From Azolla caroliniana (lineage: Eukaryota; Plantae; Polypodiophyta): a stretch of DNA of 64,000 nt. The translations under genes were made by a program, and so were the position numbers. The stretch covers positions 8,308,001 through 8,372,000 of the forward strand of contig JBHGNT010000011.1 of NCBI GenBank assembly GCA_043228905.1, in the 5' to 3' direction. The notes beneath the pieces are model-generated. The model did not search any database. It saw nothing but the letters and a program-made list of their open reading frames with translations, and was not told the origin of the DNA. Of this stretch, positions 50,549 to 62,533 are shown one piece after another. The first letter of the stretch is position 1, and each line of letters starts with the position of its first letter.

Positions 50549-53500
50549 TGTTAGGAAACAGGTCCCTCTGGATGGGAAACCGAATGTGGTGTACCCGACA
50601 ACGGAAGACCCGGTGAGAACCGGATGAGGAGTACCCAGCTACGAAAGAACTGGTAAGAGCCGGATGGTGAAGACCCGGTGAGAACCGGATGTGGAGTACC
50701 CGGCAACGGAAGACCTGGTGAGAAACGGATGTGGTGTACCCGGCAACGGAAGACCTGGTGAGAACCGGATGAGGAGTACCCGGCAAGAGCCGAATGATGC
50801 AGGCTCGGTGAGGAGTGCTCACTGGATGAAGGGACATATTCGTAAATATGTTTCTGAGAGTCCATCGGGGCTATATTTGTAAATAGCCGAAAAGTCATAT
50901 TAGTATAAATTTGACTTAGGGCAAACTTAGTGTAGTGGTTGTTGTCATTCTTGTTGGTGCAAGAAGAGTGAGCGCGTAAGACTGTATAGAGAGAGAGAGA
51001 GAGAGAGGTCGTTGCCTCTGTTGTAACCACCGCCTATGGCGAAGATCGTGAGCACGAGGTCGTTGCCTCCGTGAGCTCACTGTTGTAATCATTGTGATAT
51101 AGTGATAGTTAGCAGTCAGTGGACTGCTGTGGTTTTTCCCTCTCAGGGTTTTCCACGTTAAACATCCTGTGTATCCGTTTTTTGTGTTTGATCTTAGACT
51201 CGGTTGTGGCTGAGTGTTGTTCATCGAGAGCGTGTGTTCCTGGCAAAGTGGTATCAGAGCGAAACGACACAGAAAATGGACGAATCGTTGGGCGGCATGT
51301 TCAAGCTCACCGGCTCCAACTATTTAGTATGGAAGTTGAAGATAAGGGGCATGCTCGTGGTTGAAGATCTTTGGTTGCCGAGTCAGTTCGGGGACAAGAG
51401 ACCAGACAAAATCGATGCCACGATATGGGAGGTCATGTACATGAAGACAACGACGTACATACGGTGCTTCATCGACATGAGCTTGTACAACAACTTCAAT
51501 GAAGAGAGCAAGGCTCATGACCTTTGGGAGAAGATTGACATTCTGTTTCAGAACAAAAATGTTGTTAACCAAATTTCGGTATTCCGGAAGCTAGTAAGAC
51601 TCCAGTACCAAGATGGCTCCAGCATGGCAGAGCACATGAATGCCTTCCAGGGGCTGATACACCAGACAACTTCATTGGAAGTACCTCTCGCCGATGAGGT
51701 ACTAGCGCTACTCCTGCTCGGTTCCCTCCCGAATAGCTGGGAGACGTTGGTTGTCACTTTGGGCAACGCCGGGCCGGAAGGGAAACGGTTATCCCTACCA
51801 AGAGTGAAGTTGAGCTTCCTAGATGAGGAGGCTCGTCGGAAAGATAAGGATACTAGCTCTGACTCCAAAGTGCTCCTTACCGAATCGGAACGCGGAAGAC
51901 AAAGGAACCGTAGCCCCCAGAACCGGGAAAAGTCGGGGACACGGTCAAAGTCAAGGGGGAGGCCTACCTGCTTCTATTGCGACAGGCCGGGACACTTCCA
52001 GAACAACTATCGGCACTTTCGAAAGAACAAGGAAACCAACGGTACCGATTCGAAACGGACACCGAACCGGAACAGTAAAGACCGGAGGGGGCCGGATTGG
52101 AAGGGAACGACGGCAATCACGGCAAGTGAAGAAGAGTTGATGCTCATCACTGAGGAGAGTGAGCTAATCCTTGCCGATGACGAGATGACCTGGGTGGTAG
52201 ACTCCGGAGCGTCATTCCACCTTACCCCGGACCGGAAATGCTTCTCATCCTACTCAGCCGGTCGGTGATCACGGTTGTGTCCGGATGGGGAATGAAGGTA
52301 CATGCCAAATCGTCGGCATAGGAGACGTGTGGTTGACAACACCAATTGGATGCAAGCTACCACTGAAGGATGTCCGACACATTCCGGAGGTTTGTTTGAA
52401 CCTGATATCAGCCGGTCGGCTAGATGATAAAGGCTACACGAGTGGCATCCGGAACGGTGTTATGAATTTCAACAAAGGAACCGTAGCCCCCAGAACCGGG
52501 AAAAGTCGGGGACACGGTCAAAGTCAAGGGGGAGGCCTACCTGCTTGTATTGCGACAAGCCGGGACACTTCCAGAAGAACTATCGGCACTTCCGAAAGAA
52601 CAAGGAAACCAATGGTACCGATTCGAAACGGACACCGGACCGGAACAGTAAAGACCGGAGGGGGCCGGACTGGAAGGGAACGACGGCAATCGCGGCAAGT
52701 GAAGAAGAGTTGATGTTCATCACTGAGGAGAGTGAGCTAATCCTTGCCGGCGACGAGATGACCTGGGTGGTAGACTCCGGAGCGTCGTTCCACCTTACCC
52801 CGGACCGGAAATGCTTCTCATCCTACTCAGCCGGTCGGTGATCACGGTTGTGTCCGGATGGGGAATGAAGGTACATGCCAAATCGTTGGCATAGGAGACG
52901 TGTGGTTGACAACACCAACCGGATGCGAGCTACTACTGAAGGATGTCCGACACGTTCCGGAGGTTTGTTTGAACCTGATATTAGCCGGTCGGCTAGATGA
53001 TGAAGGCTACACGGGTAGCATCCAGAACGGTGTTATGAATTTCAACAAAGGGAGCCTGATTGTGGCTCGGGCCCGGAAGGTCAACACACTGTACTTGATG
53101 AATGCCCGGTTATGTCCAGAGGAAGTGAAGGTGGCATCCGACACTACCGGTGAGCTGTGGCACAGAGGCTGTGTCACATGGGCGAGAAGGGGATGAAGAG
53201 GCTTGCAGAAGACAACCTCATTCCAATGAAGAACGTGCACTTGGAGAAGTGCACTGATTGTCTAGTCGGTAAGCAAAGTCGGACCTCCTTCCGACCAAGG
53301 CCACTGATGAGACGTAATGCACCACTGGAGTTGGTGCATATTGATGTGTGTCAAGTGGACACGAAGTCACATGCAGGATCGTAGTACTCCGTGACGTTCA
53401 TAGATGACCACAGCCAGAAGCTGTGGGCAACACCATTGAAGACGAAGGATTAGGGGCTATCCGTCTTCAAAGAGCTCCACGCGAGAGTGGAAAGAGAAAC

Positions 53501-56451
53501 TGGCCAGAAGCTCGAAGGGAATCCAGCTCGAATTTACCGTGCCGAAGACGCCAGAACTAAACAGGCTGGCCAAGAGGATGAACCGGACCATAATGGAGAG
53601 GGTCCGGAGTATGTTGGCGCATGCAAAATTACCCAAGAAGTTTTGGGCTGAGGCATTATCGACAGCGACGTATGTGATAAACAGATCACCCTCAGTACCC
53701 TTGGACGAAGACACACCAGAGAGAGTCTGGACAGGTAAGGAAGTGTCCTACTGGCATTTGAAGGTATTCAGGTGTCTTGTGTATGTGCATGTTGCTAAGG
53801 ACCGGAGAGGAAAGTTAGATCCAAAGACCCGGCCATGCATATTCCTCGGTTACGGCGACGATGAGTTCGGCTACCGAGTGTGGAACCTGGTCGACAAGAA
53901 GGTATTCCGGAGTCGAGATATTATCTTCATGGAGGACAAGACGCTCGCCGATTGGGAGTCGGAGAAGAAGATAATGAACTCCGAGTCGACCGGTAAGGAT
54001 CGATTCTACGATGAGTAGACCCATCCGGCAAGAGACCGGTTAGCACTCGAGGAACCAGCCGGTTAAGGTGAGGATACCGAACCGGCAGAAGACGAAGCTA
54101 AAACCGGAACCGGCCAAGACCCCGAATCGGATTCGGATGAAGAGCAAATTGTGGAGCCGGTTGCCAAAGGCCAAAGACGGAGATATCCTCTCAGAGAGAG
54201 AAGGGCCCCTCGGAGATTTCCGAATGCAGAGCATGTACTACTAACTGATGAGGGAGAGCCAGAAAGCTTCGAGGAAGCTAAAAGTGACGCCCACAGCCGC
54301 AAATGGTTAAGTGCCATGCAGGATGAGATGGATTTCCTGCATGAGAACCATACATACGAATTGGTGGAGTTGCCGAAAGGAAAATGGGCACTCTGAAACA
54401 AGTGGGTGTACAAGTCGAAACCGGGAGATGCCGACAACCCCCCAAGATACAAAGCCAGGATCGTGGTGAAGGGGTTCTAGCAGAAGAAGGGAGTGGACTT
54501 TGACGAGATATTTGCCCCGTTAGTAAAGATGACCTCCATCCGGACGGTGCTGAGTATAGCGGCAAGCATGGACCTCGAGGTAGAGCAACTAGATGTGAAG
54601 ACGGCATACCTTCACGGTGACCTCGAAGAGCACCTGGTATGCTGGTTGAAGAAGAGCCTGTACGGACTGAAGCAAGCTCCCCCGGTAGTGGTACTGGAAG
54701 TTCGACTCCTTCATGACCGATCAAGGGTACCACAAGATGCAGGCCGATCATTGCGTGTTTGTGAAGAAGTTCGAAGGAGGCGACTTCCTGATACTCCTTC
54801 TGTACGTGGACGACATGTTGATCATCGGACGGGACCAAGCCAAAATACGGATGCTAAAGAAGGCTCTCAATCGAACCTTCACAATGAAAGACTTGGGTCC
54901 GGCAAGACAGATGTTGGGGATGCATATCATCCGGAACCGGCCAACGAAGCAACTGTGGCTGTCATAGGAGAAATACGTGACAAAGGTGCTTCAACGGTTC
55001 AACATGTTAGAAGCGAAACCGGTCGGATCGACACTCCCAGCAAACTGCAGATTATCCGGTAAGCAAAGCCCGAAGACGAAAGTAGAGAAAGCAGATATGA
55101 TGAAGGTTCCATATGCCTCTGCCGTCGAGAGCTTAATGTACGCAATGGTGTGTACCCACCGGATATAAGATACGCAGTCGGAGTGGTGAGCCGGTTTATG
55201 AGCAATCCTGGCAAGGAGCACTGGAACGCGGTCAAATGGATACTCCGGTACTTGAAGGGCACTTTGAACATGTGTCTCCGATTCGGCTCTGGTAAACCTC
55301 AACTTGACGGTGTTACCGATTTGAACATGTCGGCTGATGTGGATACCAGCCAGTCTACATCCAGGTATGTAATGACATATGTAGGGGGAGTTGTTTCGTA
55401 GCCGTCGAGGCTGCAGAAGACGATTGCGTTGTCAACCATGGAGGCGGAGTACATGGCGGCTGTGGAAGCCGGCAAAGAAATATTATGGATGAAGGACTTC
55501 ATCGGAGAGCTCGGTATTCAGCAAGATGAATACCGGCTCTATTGCGGCAATCAAAGTGCCATCCACCTTGCTAAGAATGCGGCCTACCATTCCCGGACGA
55601 AGCATATCCAGCGAAGGTATCACTGGATCCGGGAAAGAGTAGATGACCAGGAGTTCGCGCTGACGAAAATCCATACGGCCGAGAACGGGTCAGATATGCT
55701 GACCAAAGTACTGATGCCCGACAAGCTGGATGCATGCCGGAAGCAGATCAGACTAGTAAGACATCCCATGCCAGACTGAAGGGGGAGTTTGTTAGGAAAC
55801 AGGTCCCTCCGGATGGGAAGTGAGAAGAACAGTACTCATGAGCAAACTCGGCCGAGGCTGATAGGATGTGGTGTACCCGGCAATGGAAGACCCGATGAGA
55901 ACCGGATGAGGAGTACCCAGCTACGAAAGAACCGGTAAGAGCCGGATGGTGAGGACCCGGTGAGAACCGGATGTGGAGTACCCGGCAACGGAAGACCTGG
56001 TGAGAAACGGATGTGGTGTACCCGGCAACGGAAGACCTGGTGAGAACCGGATGAGGAGTACCCGGCAAGAGCCGAATGATGCAAGCTCGGTGAGGAGTGC
56101 TCACCGGATGAAGGGACATATTCGTAAATATGTTTCTGAGAGTCCATCGGGGCTATATTTGTAAATAGCCGAAAAGTCATATTAGTATAAATTTGACTTA
56201 GGGCAAACTTAGTGTAGTGGTTGTTGTCATTCTTGTTGGTGCAAGAAGAGTGAGCGCGTAAGACTGTATAGAGAGAGAGAGAGAGAGAGAGGTTGTTGCC
56301 TCTGTTGTAACCACCGCCTATGGCGAAGATCGTGAGCACGAGGTCGTTGCCTCCGTGAGCTCACTGTTGTAATCATTGTGATATAGTGATAGTTAGCAGT
56401 CAGTGGACTGCAGTGGTTTTTCCCTCTCAGGGTTTTCCACGTTAAATATCC
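50549..56451 (+). mobile_element. Ty1/copia element 2 (Tnt1/Tork-like), 3' LTR truncated
   Basis: 5' LTR 50549-51245, PBS TGGTATCAGAGC 51249-51260, PPT GAAGGGGGAG 55778-55787, 3' LTR 55790-56451. No TSD because the right end is deleted. Confidence 0.92.
51276..55779 (+). pseudogene. gag-pol: copia 2 gag-pol with a 573-bp internal tandem duplication
   Basis: [69 protein letters not shown]. Confidence 0.93.
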
Positions 56452-58542
56452 ATGATTCGAGGATTCTCCTCTAGGTACTGTTTGAGTTCTTTGTCATCTC
56501 TACCCTCCAGCATGTAAACTAGAGCCATAGCCTTAGTAGGTAGTGTGCTCCCCTATGTTAAGACCCAAACCGTAGCTCGGCCCCGATGAAAACTGATGTT
56601 GTTGTGGTGCCAGGTCTACTTGATGTTCGCGGAACGCAACCATGGGCCGCCTAGCAAGAGGGGGTACGCTCCACGGGCATCCAGGGCTAGTACGACAACT
56701 GCTATCTCGAATGTATGGCCGCCTACTCTGATTTCTAACTTGCGAAGTAGCACGAGTGGTCGAATGTATCTTGTATCCGTCATGTGGAGCCAAAATGGGC
56801 ATACTTCTGTTGAGAGACAAGCTCAACATTCGTGTGTAATATGATGCATAACCCAATGCGTAGACTACGTGCGTAAATCGGTACGCATAACATGGCCATA
56901 TCGGTGTGAAAACCGCGAGGCCGTTGGGAAGATATTCCTCGTTGGAATAATTTTGGGAGTTAGTGTAGTAGGCTCATTTATGAGTGGTCAAGTACTATCA
57001 GTACTTGTGTGAGCCCTATTGGCAGGGCTTGTATAAAAGGTGCTCACTGAGCACGATGTATGTACAGATTGAGTATTATTTTGAATTGAGTTTCTATGTG
57101 TTCTCTCTCTCTATCTCTCCTGTGTACTGTGTATATTCAAGCTCTCCATTAAACCTGCGTATTTTCTGTGTTCGGTTTTCTATTTCTTACGCACATAATC
57201 TTTTTCATGGTATCCGAGCGGGAGGGTTGAGAACCTTTGCAGCCGACATAGCTTGAAAAGAAAACTAACCAAGAAGAACAGGAAAAACAAAATGGATAGA
57301 GGCATGGCTAGCTCACTTCCTACCGAGAAGCTCGATAGAAACAACTACACGTCTTGGTCCTACAAGATGCACCAGTACCTACTCAGGCACGGTTACTGGA
57401 GCTATGTCGATAGAGCAAATGATATAGACCCGAATCGACACACAGAGATTTCCTGGCGTGGGAACAGTCAGCAAGTAGAGTACTGTATTGGTTCGCGTCT
57501 TGTGTGGGCGAACAGCTCCTGAGCTATATTCGGGATGCGAAAACGCGAAAGGATGCTTGGGGAAATCTGAAGAAGATCTTCGCCGCAAGCACCACAGCCA
57601 GGAAGCTTCTACTCCAACAAGAGCTGAGCAATTTACGACAACGCGACTTGTCGGTTGCTGATTACACCTCGAAGATCAAAGAGATATGTGACTCCTTAGC
57701 CTCTATCGATGTGAACGTTGAGGAAGGCGAGATGGTGCAAATCTGTCTCGGAGGAGCATTCTGAACTGTTGTGTGTACACGGGAGAATACACCATCATTT
57801 TTCGACTTACAGCCGATGCTCCTTATAGAGGAGAACCACGCGGGTGCGTCGACAAGCACGCATGCCGACAACAAGATGCTATACACAGAGGGAGATAGGA
57901 CCCGTGGTCGTGGCGGATGAGGCGAGTCGGTGCAGAATGGAGGCGGTTGACAAGATCAAGGAAGAAGGCACCAAAGTGATGCCGACAGCAATTCCGGACC
58001 CTCTGGAAACAGGGGGAGTCGAGGTGAGGAGAACCGGCAAGGGAAATCTGTCGCAGAATGCTGGTATTGTGGCAAAAAAGGCCACAAGGAGAGCGAGTGT
58101 TGGAAGAAGTGCGGCGATTTGGAGAGGACTAGATCCGGATCAGGTTCTAGACAGATCAACAAAGGAAATCGGTAGCGATCGCACTACGCCGAAGGATCCG
58201 GAAAAGCTGGAAAAGGGTCAGTCTTCGTGATGAGACACGAAGCAAACTCGATGAAGAAGATCACCCCGAAGTCGGACGAGGTGTGGTACGTCGACTCTGT
58301 CGCGTCAAACCACATGACGTGCCACAAGGAGTGGTTCTCGTACTTGGAAAAACTGATGCGACCAAGAGTAGTCGCAACCGGAGATGACACTCCGCATCCG
58401 ATCGCGAATGTCGGTGAAGTTCCCTTGAGCCATGTCAGGCAGAAAGGGAAACTTATGAACGTGTTACACGTCCCGACAATCACGAAGAATCTGGTGTCAG
58501 TCTGGAAGATCGTCGACCAGGGGATGCAAGTCCAGTTCACGC

Positions 58543-59730
58543 TGTCGTGAAGATTCGTCACTACGCGCGGATCGTGAGGTGGAACCGCCGAGGTTCTGGA
58601 CCGGAAGGGTTCAAAGTCGGTACAAGCTTTGGCGCAAGCTTTAGCGAGAAAGTACTTAAGATAGATTGGGAAAGAGAGAAGTTGAGATCAAACGATTGAG
58701 AGAGATTGATTGAACTTTTATCTTTGGATTTAAGAAACAAGTTACACGATCAATTTGATAACGAATTTCTTCTTCTTAATTTCATAACCCCAAAAAAACA
58801 TGTTTTTTCTCCTCCCCCCTCCTTTTATAGATGCTCTCATGCATATGATGCATGTGAGGGTACAAGACATGCATAAAATGCATGTTTGCCATTTGGCGCT
58901 TATGTATTACATGTGGTGCATGATAACCATGTCACTCATTTTAGCTCTCATGTATGAGAATTTACATGTAAAAGTACAATGATAGAAATATAATTTCAAC
59001 TAAATAACATGGCTTAATGATAAGCCAATTGACTCCTAACTCGGAGGTGCAAGGTTCGAATCCTTACTTGCCCTCCTTGTATATGTATATATGTATATAT
59101 ATTTATATATTTATTTATCTAGTCACCGAATGCCGGTTCGTCGGATGCCGTCGGTTACCGGTGCCTCGCCGGATGCCGTGGGTTACCGGTTTCTTGCCGG
59201 ATGCCGTCACCGGTTGCCGTCGAATACCGGATTGGCACCGGATGCCGTCGTCTCACCGACGCTGGATGCCGTCACCAGATGCCGCCGCCTCACCGTCGTC
59301 GGATACCATCACCGGCGCCAGATCACCAGCTCCATCGTCGGTCCGGTTTTGGTTGGCCAAAACCCTTTACGAGTAGCTAGCCCACCTCCACTCTTAGTTC
59401 AAGTTACCTTGAACTCTCTATGCTCCACACATAGACACAAAGATAATATATTTTACTCTACCTTATATATGATGAGAGCCATATTTGTCGTGCCTATGTG
59501 GGATATCTCACAATTTTCTCTTTTCCTTTCACAAACTTTATACCCTCATATCTTGATATTTAGTTGTCCGTTTCTCGTGTAATAAAGTGCATTCGAAACC
59601 TCCATCATTTTGTACTTAGATATTAAATTTATTTAAAATGTTATCTTCACAATTATTGTATTATGTGATTCATACTCGATTTCGTACATTTTATGGGATT
59701 TTCACACTATTGCCGAAAATCTTCACGACA
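58543..59730 (-). mobile_element. Solo-LTR-like insertion with 13-bp terminal inverted repeats, 4-bp TSD and tRNA-like module
   Basis: TGTCGTGAAGATT...AATCTTCACGACA; flanks ACGC / ATGC (one CpG transition). Removing it restores copia FTHLGCF. Minus-strand CTATAAAAGG at 58821-58830. Confidence 0.88.
59003..59073 (+). ncRNA. Degenerate tRNA-like sequence / Pol III internal promoter inside insertion
   Basis: A box TGGCTTAATGA (59010) in a D-stem GGCTT/AAGCC; CTCCTAA loop-like segment; consensus B box GGTTCGAATCC (59053) in stem AAGG/CCTT. Confidence 0.7.
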
Positions 59731-62533
59731 ATGCATCTTGGGTGCTTCATCGAGGAAGAAGGCCGAGTTATTGCGGAAGGGCGCAGAGACGGGAGGATGT
59801 TTATCCTCGAGTCTATTGACGGTGGCACCGCAATGTTCGCGAAAGGACAAAAAGTCGAGTCGGATATCGACTTATGGCACAAGCGGATAGGCCACATCAA
59901 CTATCAACGACTTAAGGACCTGCAATCGAAATAGGTGGTGTTTGGATTGCCCAAATTTAGTGGCCGGAAGGCACGAATTTGTGAAGCCTGCCAGCTAGGG
60001 AAACAACACGGACTTCCTTTCCCTAACGAGCATAACCGAAGCCGGAACAAGCTCGACTTGATAAATTCCGATGTATGGGGGGGGGCCAGCACAGAACGTT
60101 AGTCTTGGCGGGAGTCGATATTTTGTCTCCCTCATCGACGACTATACGCGACACACATGGATCTACCTCATCGAGAAGAAGAGTGAAGTCTTCGACTGTT
60201 TCTGGGACCTCAAAAGGTTTGTGGAAATGGAAACAGGACGAAAGATCAAGTGCTTGCGGTCGGATACCGGAAAAGAGAACTTTTTCGGTGAATTCAACGG
60301 TTATCTGCAACAGATGGGAATTCGGTGCGAGTTTAGTTATAGATACACGCTGGAGCAAAACGGCGTGGCCGAGAGGAAGAACCGGTCAATTGTAGAAGCA
60401 ACACGGGCAATGCTGGAGGAGAAGAGCTTGTCCAAGTTCTATTGGGCCGAGGCGGTACGAACCGCGGTGTACATTTAGAATCAGATCGGAGAAAAAGTCT
60501 CAGCGCATGAGCTGTATTACGGAAGGAGGTTGAATCTGCGACACTTGAGAGTTTTCGGTAGCATTGCGTATGTGCATGTGTCGAAGGAGAAATGGAGCAA
60601 GTTGGGTGCAAAAGCTGAGAAGTGTATCTTGGTCGGCTATTCGGACAAGCATAAGGGTTATAAGTGTTATAACCCTCGCACCAAACAAGCGCGCGTGAGC
60701 CGCGACATTGTGTTTGACGAATCCGCGTCCTGGTACTTACCTCCGACTCTAGACCTCCACTCTAATCCGAGTTCTAACGATGAGGTCAGTGAGGCCAAGA
60801 TGCCTCTGGATGAGCCTAAAATCGGGACCTGCGAAGAGAGTCCGATTTCGTTTCCGTTAAGTGGACTGGATGGACGACTGAGTCGGCTCGACCAGTCCGA
60901 TGAAAAGCCGGCGAGTAGTGGAGACTCGACCATGCATTCCCTGCGAAGGAAGCCGAGGAGATGGCTTACGCGCAAGGAAAAAGGGAAGAAGAAGGTGTCG
61001 GATTACGGCTCGGATAAGAACGAGTCGAATCAACGCGAGTCCGACTCTGAGGGATGTGATGACAAGTCTTCGAGAGCGAAGTCCGCGTCAGCTAAGATAG
61101 CCTCAACATCGGCTAATAAGCAATTGCACTGATCTACCTGCCAAAAGAACCCTATTGTGCAGTTCGAATACAATGAGTACATGGCGCATCACTATGCTTA
61201 CATGACCCGTGTAGCGGAAGTGCGTGAGCCGCAGAGCTACGAAGAAGTGGCGAAGGACGCAAATTGGCACGCCGCAATGGAGAAAGAGATGCGCGCATTA
61301 GCGGAGAATGAAACCTAGGACCTGGTTGACGCACCAAAAGGTGTGAAGCCGATTGGATGTAGGTGGGTGTACAAGGTCAAGTACAACACTGATGCCTCGG
61401 TCAACCGATACAAGGCTCGGTTAGTAGCGAAAGGCTACGCACAGAAACACGACATCGACTACGATGACACGTTTGCGCCGGTCGCGAAGATGACGACCGT
61501 CCGTGTTTTGCTCGCGGTAGTTGCGGCAAAGGGGTGGCACTTACATCATATGGATGTAAAGAATGCGTTCCTGCAAGGTGAGCTTGAGGAACAGCTGTAC
61601 ATGGTACATCCCCCCAGATTTCACTCCGGAACGAACACTTCGGCGGTGTGCCGATTGAAGAAGTCCCTTTACGGACTAAAGCAAGCCCCGCGTGCTTGGA
61701 ACACGAAGATCACACAACGATTGCATCGGTTGGGCTTTGCGACGTCAAAATCGGACTCCTCACTGTTCATGCAGAAAGGTCGACTCGGGCCAGTTAGCAT
61801 TTTACTTTATGTTGATGACTTGGTCATCACCGGCGCCGACCTACGTGAGATTGACCACGTGAAGCTCCAGCTTGCGGCATCATTCGACATGAAGGATCTA
61901 GGGGACCTTCATTACTTCCTCGAGATCGAAGTGATCCGTACCCCCGAAGGCATATTGATTAGCCAACGACATTACGTGCTAAGTATGCTCTTCAAATTCG
62001 GGATGGCCAACTGTAAGTCCATCTCGACTCTTCCGGATAGAACCGTCAACCTTCGCCCCGATTCCGGAAAGTTTTGCGACCCGACGAGGTTCCAACAGAT
62101 AGTCGGAATCCTTATATACTTGAGCATCACCCGACCAGATCTCAGCTACCCAGTCGGGGTGATTAGTCAGTTCATGGCGTGACCGACTGAGGAGCACCTT
62201 CAGTGCGCACAACGCATACTCCGGTACATCAGTGCCACTAACGACCGGGGGTCACTATATTAGACCGATACTGCCGCACAGTTGATCGGTTACACCGATG
62301 CTGATTGGGCCGAAAACGCCGGCGATCGCCGATCCATGTCCGGTTTCACGTTCTCTCTTGGGATTGGATCACCGACAGTGGGTTTAGCAGGAAGTAGCCG
62401 ACAGTTGCGTTGTCGAGCACCAAAGCCGAGTATAGAGGAGCGGCTATCATGACATGCGAAGCCATATGGCTGAAGCGGCTACTTAAGGATCTGCAGGTGG
62501 AGGTATCAAATCCAACGACAATTTACTGCGACA

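Larger units (their letters stand above)
43291..56807 (-). mobile_element. Ty3/gypsy element B (same lineage as A), fragmented by an inverted duplication and copia insertions
   Basis: Minus-strand pieces in the expected order: PR 56452-56807, RT/RH/INT-N 48819-50548, INT core 46205-46900, extra ORF 43677-45880, LTR 43291-43670. Confidence 0.8.
56808..62533 (+). mobile_element. Ty1/copia element 3 (same family as copia 1), 3'-truncated
   Basis: 5' LTR 56808-57207 begins TGTTGAGAGACAAGCTCAACA like copia 1; PBS 57208-57219. The gag-pol is collinear with copia 1 up to TIYCD. Confidence 0.92.
57291..62533 (+). pseudogene. gag-pol: copia 3 gag-pol (interrupted at 58543-59730)
   Basis: [59 protein letters not shown]. 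Confidence 0.92.

Noticed and set aside
50544-56456. TSD for copia 2
   Set aside because: The 3' LTR end and ~250 bp of adjacent gypsy sequence are deleted relative to the inverted copy, so no TSD can be read.
59003-59073. Functional tRNA-Arg(CCT) gene (and tRNA-Asn-like at 6727-6798)
   Set aside because: Acceptor and anticodon stems do not pair properly; reported only as tRNA-like modules.
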